DNA of 64,000 bases, from the NCBI RefSeq assembly GCF_009914755.1, contig NC_060928.1; one strand, written 5' to 3'. This DNA is from the human T2T-CHM13v2.0 reference genome, Homo sapiens. The notes below the pieces were generated by a model, which worked only from the letters and a program-made list of their open reading frames with translations, had not been told where the DNA came from and did not search any database. A program made the translations under genes and the position numbers. This document shows positions 28,534 through 41,929 of the stretch, piece by piece. The stretch's first letter is position 1. Each line of letters opens with the position of its first letter.

Positions 28534-29684
28534 TAAATTGTATGTGATCTATTTTTCATAGTTTTCTGTAAATGCAACTTGAAGATAAGTAGGCCTTACA
28601 AACAACACAAAAATAATTATAGCAATATTTTTATACAGTGACTTTACTCTTTACAGGTGGATGGGAATAATGATACAAGACCTCCAAAAAGGGGCAGATT
28701 TTTCAAAATAATTTTGCTTTGTGTTCGGAAAATGTAGTCTCATTTTAGCAACAGTTTTTTATCTTTTTATTTAGCAATGTATTTTTTCTTATTTTAATAT
28801 ATTTTCATTATTATTAAGTTAATATTAAAATTGTGCTTAGCCTCATCATTATAGAAATGGTTGCAGTAAGAAACCTAGGAACATGGAAATTATAATTTTA
28901 CTAAATATAATATATTGTCAGCTGTATTTAATGGTTTGCACTTTTGTGTTTCAAATTTAACATTTAGTTTAAGCAGCTCAAAGTAAAATTTCCTTCTTAA
29001 AGAGCTGAAATTTTATAAAACTCCCCAGATTTTATGGAAATATATAAAAAACCAAGACATTTTTTTCTCAATCTCAGAATCATGCTTTATAAAAACATTA
29101 TTTTGAAACTTCCAAAGTAGATAAAATTGCAATAAACCTTAGTATAGCAATCTATTCTGTCTTTGCAACTAGCAAGCAATTTAGAGCAACTGAATTCCAA
29201 TTATGTTTTAATGTTAGGTAATTTGGATTGAGTTAATTCAAAGGCCGTTTATTCTGGTCCTCATGTGTTTAAAATTAATGAGATTTACAATGTCTAGGGT
29301 TTGTTTGGGGTTTTCAGTATAATTGAAGTTAATGGTTCACAAGCTCCATTGAGTTCCAAGTCATACAGAAAAGAGCCTCCAGAATACAATGGACCTCGGC
29401 TCCCGTGTTCTCATTCCCTTCTTTTTTCCCAGGTTAAATGACCTTTTACAAATGCTTCTCAGGTATTCATTTAAGATTTATGTTATTCAAAGTATAGTTT
29501 TAATATTTTAATGAAAATAAGACTTTTTAAGACTTCACTATTTTATAAATATTATGTGTGTTATAAAGTTTAAATGATCCCATGGTTAGGTAGAGACAAG
29601 GTTACTTATCTTAAAGCTATCTAAATATTTATTTTAAAAATTGAGATTATGAAGTAAATGATTTTTGTCATAATAATTAAAGTT

Positions 29685-29812
29685 ACTAGTGAGTACTGTG
29701 TTCACTATTTGGGTGATGGGTTCAATAGAAGCCCCAAACCCCAACATTACGCAATATACCCATGTAACAAACCTGCACACATCCCACATGAATCTAAAAT
29801 GATTTTTAAAAA
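29685..29812 (+). mobile_element. old L1 3'-end fragment (L1PA16/L1PB-like)
   Basis: ttcactatttgggtgatggg...caatatacccatgtaacaaacctgcac. Confidence 0.75.
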
Positions 29813-30214
29813 GAAAGTGTTCAGGATCCTTTTTATGTTACTTTAGTCATATATTTAATTTTAAATTTTTTTAAGAAAAGAAACATGCTACAAATACTGA
29901 CTACAAAGTATGATTAAATTTAGTTACCCAGAAAATTTAAAATTCCCTTTCTGATATTTTTGGTCAGAAAAAATTTTCCAAATTATAAAAACAGATTATT
30001 CGTGTCCTTAGAAACAGTACTGTTGAAATATAAGATATGCTTCCTTAATTGTTTGAAATACAGCTCTGAAGCCTTGTGCAGAAGATGCTGTTCTCCACCA
30101 CATGAGCATATATGGTCTTTATTCTTCATCTCTGTGGAACTGTGCTTTGTAAAAGTAACTGAGCACCTTGGTAGTACTTGAGCCAATAACAGGTAATTTG
30201 CTGTAAATCATGTT

Positions 30215-30280
30215 CACTGATGCATACTTAGAACATGGATGATTTCAGAAAATCATCCATGTTTTAAGTATTTATCAGTG
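30215..30280. repeat. 31-bp-arm inverted repeat (hairpin)
   Basis: arms 30215-30245 and 30250-30280 with 28/31 Watson-Crick pairs, loop caga. Confidence 0.9.
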
Positions 30281-33200
30281 CACTTAAAATATATATATAT
30301 GAATCAATTAACATGACAATAGTTTTCAAAGAGTCTAGCCTAGATTGTTTGATGGAGTATAAGCAGTTAACTAAACTGAACAATGAAGTTCATGAAGAAA
30401 TTAAACCCCAAAGTTTCATTTCATATTGTTATATTCATATATTTCTATGACAGATGAGGCAGCTGAGGAGTTAAGTAAGCTGCTCAGTGTCACAGAGCAT
30501 TTAAACCTAGTATCTCTTGGTCCAAAGACCATTCTCTTAACCGTAAGAACTGATCATGACCTTGGCAAATGGCATTAGTTCTTTTCCTTATGACCTGGAA
30601 AACAACAGCAGATATAATTTTCCCTTCTTTATTAGATTATTGTTTTGTAAAGTCCAAGACAATTATTATTAAGTATAAATTTTCAGGGTTCACTTTGTGA
30701 ATCATTGAAAAGTCTTGGCTGTTTTTCAGATTGATATTTAAAATACTGTGGTTCTGGATGAGTGATTAGATCTATTTCACATTTAATTTCCTGGGAGTTT
30801 CTGTTAGTGGGAAAGATGTTTGCCCAGGAAAAGGGAAGGTTAAAAACATGTTTGTAATAAATTGCTGTTGTATTATCAAGAGATGGCAGAAAATAAGAAT
30901 TTAGGTGAATAAATATCCTCATTATGATGATCTTATGAAGTCATAATTTACAAAAGATTATCTAATTTAATTGATGTCTGTTCACATTGCAAATATTAGA
31001 TTTCTAATAATGCTTTCAGTGTGATAATATATAATCATATGTCAAAAGCCAAGTAATTCACTGTAACTACATTATTATAAAGTAGGTATGTCAACTATAA
31101 AGATATTATACTTCACAAACAAAATTGAAGTTTTCTTAAATGCTAAAACTCACTATGGGGGCTTTGATAAACTTCGTTACTGGATTTATTGTCACAAATT
31201 CTATAGAAAGAAATTTGGCATAGAAATCAAGAGTCATTAAAATGACTATTCTATTTGCCCCAGAAATCCCATTCATGGGACTTTTTCATCAAGAAATATC
31301 TCAAAATCCAGAAGAAGAATTTCAAAATAATATGATAGTGACAGAAATTTGGAGCTACCTAATAATTACGACAACAGGAAAATCGTAAATAAGTTATGGC
31401 AAATGCACTTTGTGGACTCTTCTGTGCTACAAAGATGGTTCAGCGATTCCACAGTGTAAAATGTTGTACGTGGTAAAATGTCAGTGGAAATCTAGGCATG
31501 AAACAGTGCATGCAGTGTCTACACAGCTAAGCATACAGGTTGGAACAAACCTGAAAGTTGCCATATAAAAATACCAAGAATGCTTGGTTAGGGTGGAAAG
31601 ACGATGCATTATGGTTTTCTCCATTTTCTTCTCAGTTTTCTTTTAATTTAAATATAAAAATAAATATAAAAGAAAAAACTCCTATCATGTTTCCACCTAT
31701 TACTGTTAGCCAAGTATTTCTAGTTTGCAAACACTGCCTTATAGACACCTATTTCTTCATTAGTTAATAAGTATTAATACAAGTGTATTTAATTGAGTTA
31801 AATTCCCAAAAATTTTATTACAGGCAATCTAATAAAGATGTTAATATATTGTATACATTAATCAAGAGATATTTTATAGACACATAGTCTAAAGTGGTTA
31901 TGTTTATAGCCAGTGTTCTAAAAATTTCCGAAGTGGTTGTGGCTTTATGAAACCTTAACACAATATAACATGTTCAGCTATTTGTTCCACACTCTTTTTC
32001 CAAGAACTTCTAAGAATTTTCAAGGAACTCAATAATAGTAAAAAATAATATTTGGTAATAAGTGATTCTATAGTATTTGGAAAAGAAAGCTATTAAAAAT
32101 AAAACTCTAGCTTTCTTTCAGTTAAGTGATACATCAGGAAAAAGACAAATATATTTAAGTTTTAACATACAATGAAATAATATATTTATAGTATTATTTT
32201 CAACATATCATTGTCTAATAAAATAATTGCATAAGAGATTTTAGCTATCCTTGCACATAGCCTCAGATTTTTAAAACAAACACTTTTTAGATTTAAGAAA
32301 TAACATTGAAGGGATGTCTCTAAGAACTTTTTAGAGGAATAATTCACATCAGTTCCATGCTCATAAAATTAAGAAACTCTCATCTATCAATTCTGACTAA
32401 ATATCATAAATGAATCATAAAAATGCTGTAGCTTAAAAATTAAGAAGTCATTGGATTTTATAACAAAATAATTTATAAGCTGCTCTATAAAAATCAGTGT
32501 AATATGCTACACTTATTCCAGGGTATATTTAAAGAGCAATACAATGAAGTAATATTAAAGCAAATAAAGAAATTAGGAAGCCAACATAAGACCATTTGGA
32601 CATTATGTAGAATTATGTGTGTATTCACTTATTTTCAGGTAATTGAGAATATAGTGCCATAGACATTTTCTAGAAGATATATAGTCCAACAATAGATTGG
32701 TGTTATTTTCTTCGACTAAATGAGATTTGTTGCTAGATTAACAATAATGATTTCATTTATGTGATAGTAAAAGCAAACTTAATTTTATATGATATATTTG
32801 AGCACAAGTCTGCAAGTCTGCATAGGTATACATGATGCAATTTACTTAATTTTAAGTGAGGAAGCAAAGCTAAGAGTATTCCACTCAGAAGAGTTTCTTT
32901 TCTTTAAATGAGTTGAGCATAACAGAAATATTAGTTGGACTTTATACCTGAAAAAAATAGCACATTTGGGAACTTGACATATTTTAAATTTTTAATTATA
33001 GCATTTATTATTTGGGAATAATATAACAATGACTTCAGGCAATGAGAGTTGAGCATAGGCATTCTGCCTTTTATAGGCAACCCTGTATTAATGAAAAGAT
33101 TCAGTTATGACTCTGCAATTCTGAGAACAGAAAATGTGAAGAATAATAGCAGTCTCCCTTGGGGAAAAATCTATTAGGAATGTGATCTAACTATTGCTGA

Positions 33201-36200
33201 TAAGCCTAGGGACTTGCTCAAGGACAGAAACGGACTAAAACTCGTTTTCCGACTCCCAGTTCATTTCTGTCTGTAACAAATGGAGGAGTCACTTAAAATA
33301 ATGTGTGCATTGCAATCTGTCTAGCTCTAAATTCAAGTGATTTCAATTGACATGCTCCTCATCTATCTTTCTTTCACTGTGTCTCGATATTTGTAAGTGT
33401 CCTTCTTGTCCACTGTTTCTCTCATGGAATGGTTGTTGATATTTGCAAATGAAATTCGACATGATATTACTCTAACAAAACTTTAAAGTGCTTAATTCCA
33501 CACAGTAAGACAACTACAACTTTCTTGTATGATTTTGAATCCTGCTTCCAAGTTTTCATCATTATTGAAATTTAAATATTTGCATGTTTATAGAAAGAGA
33601 AAATTGTCTCTGTTGTAGCTCTCGTAGTGTTTATTGGTGCTTTTTGTAGGCGATTATTTACTGGATAGTTTTATGTTGGGCCTGTGTGTGCTGTGCATGT
33701 GTCCATTTATTTCAGATCCTGAACATTTAATTTGAGAATACCTGCTCTTGTATGTTTCTGTTCTGTTGCATGGACCATTGACTTCTTTTTCCTACAGATA
33801 AGGAAGCTTTCTGCAAAGAGAAAATTTTTATTTTTGAATCTTGCAAGAACTTGATACAGGTTGCAACTTCAGTGCCATCCAGTATGTATCATTCATAGAC
33901 TGATGACCTCTGATAGTCTCAGAGGTTCGCTGCAGGCCTCTGATGGAAGAATACCCTCTTCCTTTTTCCTAATGATGGGCCTTTTCTTTATCTTCCATGA
34001 AGGAATGGAAAGCAGACATGTCCATTCCAAAGAAGGGGGCTAATTTCCTTCTGCAGAAAATAAATGCTTTTATTTCTCCTCGATAAAACATTTATTTCTA
34101 GCACTAAGTAAAACACTTTTTTTCTTCATTTTGTGTCTAGTGTATGAAAATGCCAGAAAATTTCAAATAAATTATTGATAGAAATTTCAATTATTAAATG
34201 TGTTATGCAGACATTATGACAAATGTTTAAATGTCTCTCCTTCTCCCTTTTCTCTTTCCTTGGATTTGTATTCTTGAAAACAGAGTTTTTGTCCTAAGAG
34301 CAGAAATAGAAAGTGAAAACAGAAGTTAATTATGTTTGCTAATAGCTTTTTCCCAAGTTTGATGACCTTTTGTAAATAGGAAATCTATAATATATTTGCA
34401 GAATTTATCTTTTATGAAGTTGCCATTTCTCATCAACATAAGAAATCCAAAATTGTATTCACTTTAATTAGAATAGTCTATTAACTCCCGTTCAAACAAG
34501 TGGTTTTAAAACAACCACACCATATTTACTACTCCGCAGACAAATTAAAATATTTTTCAAAATATAGTGCAAAATACCAAAATTTTTTTAGTCTGCATGA
34601 TGTAAAACATCTGGATTATTTTGAGTATTCCAATGATTTCCTGAAATTTTCTCTTTTCATATGACTATTTGACACATGGAGGCACAGTTTTACATGCTGC
34701 ATTTCAGGATATAATAACTTTCTTCTGCTGCCTTTAGATGCTATTTTGATTAGTTCAGTTTTGAATCTTAGCTTAAATTTAGACTAACTCATAAGTATAT
34801 TCTAGCCGCCTAACAGATAACTTTTCATTTTCATGCACCCTTGATTAAATTATGCTATATCAGATGTGCGAATGAAGGCAGGAAACTCTGATAAGTTGGG
34901 AAAGTAAAAAATGACAGATACTTAGAGAATAATGACTATATAAATAATAATAATAACTCTTCTTCTTCCCTTTCTTATACTTGTTCTCTTTCTTTTCCTT
35001 CCTCTTCTTTCTTTTCTTTTTCCTTTTGCTCCTCTTCCTCCTCTGCTTTCTCTTCTTCCAAAAATTATTCTGAAATCATTATTATTATTATTTTTAGCAC
35101 AACAAGAGTATTAATGATTGGCTACAAAATCATTGAAATACAATTGGTTTCATTTTTAATTTTATCTCTCTTTAGTTACTATTACTATAGGTCAGTTTTT
35201 TTTTTAACAAATCTTGAAATTAATTATACTCAAAAATATGAGCAAAGGACTTAACCTTTCCACTAGAATGAAGTTTGGATATTAGGGATATTTTATGTTT
35301 TGGAATTATTTTTATTATAAAATGACTGGATTTAAACACAGCAATAATGCATGTGTTATTGAATAACACTTGTGTTCACATTTGTATTTTAACATTGTTG
35401 TATGTTTCATGCATGGCAATCCAAATAGGTACCAATAAAAGGGTGATTCAGGCCATCTCTGCCTCCACACTGTTCGTCTCTGAGCAGTTCATCTGTTTAT
35501 TAGTCAATTGCAAATGTGAACTAATTTTCTCTAAGCTGCTTTGCATACAGTTGTTAGGTTTCCAAGCTACTCTCAAAAGCCTGGTTGACCCAGGGTACAA
35601 CTGAGCTTCACTCTATCGGGTCTTATATTAAGTATACCAAACCATCATTTTATAAACATTTTCAAAGGAAATATGTGTCTATTTCAGAATAATTCTGCCA
35701 CCAGCATTTTCTTAATTGGTTCTTCCATTTAGCAGAGATAAATTCTACATTCACTCATAAGGAAGCATCTTTCTGAAGCTTCGTAAGGTAAAGAGCCTCT
35801 AGAAAGTCAGAGTGAAAAACAAATTCACGCAATTTACTGCTTAACTGTCTGCATTAGAAAATGCAGGCAGCTGATACCATGGTGGTAGGAAGTATCGTTT
35901 ACTGTCCACCCATTCTGTAGAAGTCATTTATAATTCATAAACTATAATTCTCACTGTTGATACAGCTAATGGAATAGGAGTTCAAAATTATGGTAAATTT
36001 CTCTAAAATTAATTTTACAAATCTAATTTTCTATTAACTCCTGATTTTTTCTACATTTCGGTGTTTGATGCTCTTTCACAGAATAATTTTCTTTATTCTG
36101 CTTTCATTTTGTTTTGCTTTTTGCTTATTCTCGATAATAAGTGTTGAAAGAATAATGGAAGTGTCAAGGATAGGTGGAGAACACATAAATCACAAATACA

Positions 36201-37466
36201 CTAATTATGATATATTCTTTAAAAACTGAGATTGCCTGTATGTATTTAAAATATTCAGATATTGCCAATGCATTCATATCACCTGTAAGCACATGTGTCA
36301 TGTAATCCATCTTCAAATGTAACAAAATAGATGTACCTTTAAAAAGTACTATCAGATTCTTTGATGAAAATATCTTCCCTAACCTTTTTCCATGGAATGA
36401 ATATTGAATTGATAAAAAAGCAAAAATAGAATAATTTCTAGGCCACCAAGAGCTTGCTAGTGCTCACTAGCAAAATCAGCTGAGAGTAACAATTTGAATT
36501 CAGCCTAACTCCTCATATGACTGTAACACGTCCTTTTCATTCTCTATGTGTGGGAGTGATGAAAGTCTGAGTGACGTGCCATCATGAATGTGTGTCAGGA
36601 GCAATCTGCCAGTTTTGACGTTAATGGACAGGCCAGCTATGGAACGACAGATGAGTGACATAGAGTGATGGTTGATGCCTCACCGAATTGACTGCCTGTT
36701 AATCTAGTTTGGCTTTTTTCCCTGTAGTGAATTTGTTGGCTATTTCTTGGGGCTCGTATTTCCTAGTCTAATCTTTACCTTACTTCTAGCACACTAAAAG
36801 CCCTTTTAGGGGATGACTTATTAATAAACTTGTCTACCAGAGTAGATTTGTTTAAAATATATAAATTTCATTTCTTCTTTAGAGTAGTTTAATTATGCCT
36901 TTTTTCTGCTTGGAGTGCTATGAAATGTCCAAATTCATTAATGCTAAGCATAACTGCAGAGTTAATGGGGAAAAAAATCAACTACAGTAATTATACTGAG
37001 TGATTTTTTTAAGTGATTACATACAAATCTTGGAACCTTGTTTAGCCTCTGTCTGTATACCATGGTTAATATATTGAAGGATATCCCTCTACTTAAATGC
37101 TATTTCTTGCCGCTATTCAAACTATGCACAATTTTAAATTTATTTTTTTAAATTGGCAATAAATGTTTAGGGTTAATTTGAAAAAAGATCTATTGATTCC
37201 CTCTTTCTCCTACCTAAAACTTCTACTCCAGCATAGGAATAAAAGAGGATTACAAGTTATTATCGTAGCGCTAATAGTCTTGGAAACTTGATTCATGGTA
37301 CAACGCTTCAAGCTAAACAAGGAAAGGGTAAAACTAAGAGATCATACATTTTTGTTTGTTTTATGTTGGGAACAGGAGAAACCATGACTTAGTTTACCCT
37401 TTGGCAGTGTTAACCACAACTAAATGACTCCCTTTGATATCCTCTGTTTTTAAAGTTACTTACTAG

Positions 37467-37712
<246 letters not shown>

Positions 37713-38657
37713 TGATATCATGGTGGGCTATCCAAATGTCAAAAAACAAAATTCTGTGTAATGTCCAAAGATCCAAGGCAGATGACTGGATCTGTACTTC
37801 GCACATAGATGGCATTAGAGTAGCTTTGTATAGCAGACATAGTAGCTGCTAGGATACCATCTGGTAGCCAGAAAAGCACCAAGTTCTCCCCAGGTCTTTG
37901 TGGAACAGACCTTATAACACTATGCATATTTAAACTTAACTTCTGCTAAATGTTTTGCATTTGATGTAATATTCCTCCCAAAAATATCTTGTATATCTTG
38001 TGCATGTGCTACATAAGTGATGTCCCTTTAAATACCAGGAGCATCAAACTCAAATGCCTACCAAAGGGAAGACATTTGAAAATGGTAGACACTGTGTCAT
38101 TTAAAGTTTTAAGTCATGGTTTTGGTCCAGAAAAGCTTAATAGTAGCACAATCATACCCTACCAGATTTCGTCCCCAAGGCCTTACAAAATTCCAAAACT
38201 TTTTTAAAGCAGTAATCCTAATCCCCTTAGCCACTATGAACTGGATGAGAACAATAAATAGTTATTCAGCTCTTATTTCTTCCTTTGACAGTCTGTTCCC
38301 GAATTTTCTACTTAAATTGGATTTATGCATGTTTTGAGAGGAGAACTACTAAGGCAAATTTTATAACTTTAGTCACCAAATGTACATTGGAAGGTACCTG
38401 ACTCTAACCACAGTTAGATAAGAATGTTTTGTGTAAACATTGGAATAATAGAGAATATCCTGAGTTGACCCTTGTTCCATTTAGCTCCTTTGAAATATGG
38501 TTACATGTCAGGGATTTTCTTTTTTTCATTGAGCTAATTACATTGTGCAGAATCATATACAAACAGGAATTTTTCTTTCTCTGCTTTCATGGATAAGCAT
38601 AATATCCATAACTTGGTAAGATATGATATACTATTAAATCAATAGATTAGGAAATAG

Positions 38658-39065
<408 letters not shown>

Positions 39066-40443
39066 TAGCCTGTGGATCACAGGTAGCAAATTTGTCTGTT
39101 CATTACATAAATGATATAGGAAACTTCATAATAGATAAAACAACATCCAGACGCACTTTCATAAACTTGTCCTATTGCCAGGAAAGGGGTTGGATCATCT
39201 TTTACCTTCACTACGGTACATGCTCCTTGTGCAGTTTAGCAATGAGCCTCTCAACCTAGTCTCAGTGTCATCGCCACATCCTGCAGAGTTCACATTTCAC
39301 ATTGTGAGGCAGAGACAGGGACAATGGAATTTAGAAAACCCTTGTCATGACTGGATCCAAACTTTTAAGGCTATGTCTTGCTACCATAATCATAGATTAT
39401 TAGACAGGAACTGAATTTTACCTTCCACTTTATTGTAATCTTCTGTTGCAAATACAAATCTCCCTGTGGAAACCTAGCACAATTAAGGTGAAGGTCTAGT
39501 ATTAATGATTGCAGCAGTGGGGGCAGCAGCAACTACAGCAGGTGCACTAACTAATGTTGGGCATGTTACCCTTGCTGTGTGGCCCCGAAGGGTATAACAA
39601 GTGTGTTGTCCATTGAATAAAGTATTTCACCAAATATATTGCTCTGGAAATTTTAGAAAGTTATTTGTATTTTAGAATGGGATACACAGTACCTAACAAA
39701 TAATCCCAGTCTAAACAAGGTTGTATGTTATAGAGCTTCCTAAATTATATAGAAAGAGCACAGCTTGAGGATATTAAATGTTTTTGAAATTTAACATTAA
39801 CCATGTGGAATGATCTTGTCTAAAATGAGGTTATTTTAATTGTAAAAAAAAAAAAAACCCTTAAGTAATTATACTGATTGAATGAGGTATCCTTTGAAGT
39901 TGGTTCAGAAGCATCTCCAGGGCTAGTAGCTGTTCATTTATCATTCCCCTTAGTGCTTCCATTTGCTTTGATAAAATTAGGGCTAATTTATTTTAGAAGC
40001 TAAAATTATGATGTAGGTATTCAAGTGTATATTTAACTAAGAGAGAGAGAAAATGTAAATACATGATTCATAAGGTGCCTTAATGATATTAATTAGCTGT
40101 AAATGATGTTTCCTTTATAGGAAAAAAATTGAAAATGGCATAGTCCAATGATGTTTGTTTGTGACATTGGATTAAATACACCCAGTGTGGATATTCTCGA
40201 CTGTCAATATATGTTGCACTGTTAAAGTCTGAGCTACAGACCCATCAGTTTAAAATAAAAGTTCATTTTCTTTTAGGCATTTATCTGATTTATGGTAAAT
40301 ACTTAATTTCATGTGAGGCAGACAACAAACATTGCCTGATTATACTCAGCAACGTATTTTCCAGAGCAGATGAATATAATAACCGACACGGGAGTGAAAA
40401 TTAGCTGGTATTCAGGAAAATCTTTCAACAGGGCAGTGGGTAA

Positions 40444-40731
<288 letters not shown>

Positions 40732-41929
40732 TAATTGAATCGAATCGTAGGCAGCTGGAAAAGATTTTTTGTCTCATGCTTTCCTACTTGCACTAAAATC
40801 CTTGACTTCCTAGATCAAGGTGACTGCCACGTTGTTCTCCTCTAGGGTTTCTTATCCTGGATGTTTTAAAAGGCATTACCAAAGTTGCTGCAAAACAGTA
40901 GTCTTTACTTCCTAATGTATTACTGGTAATTATATTTCCAAATTTGGAAAATAAACGATGGAACAAAAAAATCGGAATTTGCCAGAAAGCGATAGAATAA
41001 TATTTCACTTAAACCCGGCATAACATATTCTACTGGTTATGCCAATTGCATATACATACGTATTTTTCATAATAGAATCAATTTTGTCTTGTGGTTTACA
41101 GAATATTATTTTTGCATGATGTATTGCCCTCTGTACAAAGATCCTGATTTCCTTAGATTTTGCCCACATTTTATTCGGCATGAGTAATTCAAATATGAGT
41201 ATAATGTCTCATCTCTCCTGCATTCTTTGCATTCTGCATTCTGGCCTGGTCATAAATAATAACCTGATAATAAATGTTAAATTTCATTATAGGCCACAGA
41301 GTGTTTAAACAGTATAATCTAAAGAAATAAAATTATAGAATGTAGAAATGTTAACAATTTCCTGCAATATGTTGTTTTTAGAAGCAGAAGGCAGTGCCAA
41401 CTAACAAGGCTCAGGAAAGAGCCTAGCAGGCACTATAATATCAAAAATTGTCTGAGGAGTGAGACTACCAGTCCAAGGTAGCTCACTAGATCAGTCCAAT
41501 CATAAGCTTAATTTTTAAATTTCTTGTTTTGACTCTTCCCTTCAGTGAATATTATTGGCCAATAAAAAGGCCTTATTTATGTACAACATTATAATAAAAT
41601 CAGAGACAGTCACCAAGAAATTCATATTCTTAGTATGGAGGTCCTTCCAATCTCTATACTTGTAAGTGACTTCCCAGACAGAGTTATCAATTCATTTCAG
41701 CCACACTGTTGAAGGATACTAAATGCTGAAATGACAGCACTAGAGGAACTCAACTGCTCTCCAGTCCTGTCCAAGGTCCTGATTGAGAGGATGATTCCCT
41801 GAACCTTATGGTAGCTTCCTGAGCCTTATGGGCTGAAATATAGAGGCTGCATTCTTTTAAGGCGTTCATTTTCTTAAGAGAGTTGGAAAAATTGATTTTC
41901 GTGGAGACATTTCTTTGTCTCAATCCAAA

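Noticed and set aside
36577-36618. CHHECV-like peptide resembling EGF2 (possible decayed duplicate exon)
   Set aside because: Match is only a few codons, Cys spacing is wrong, the frame stops quickly and there are no splice sites
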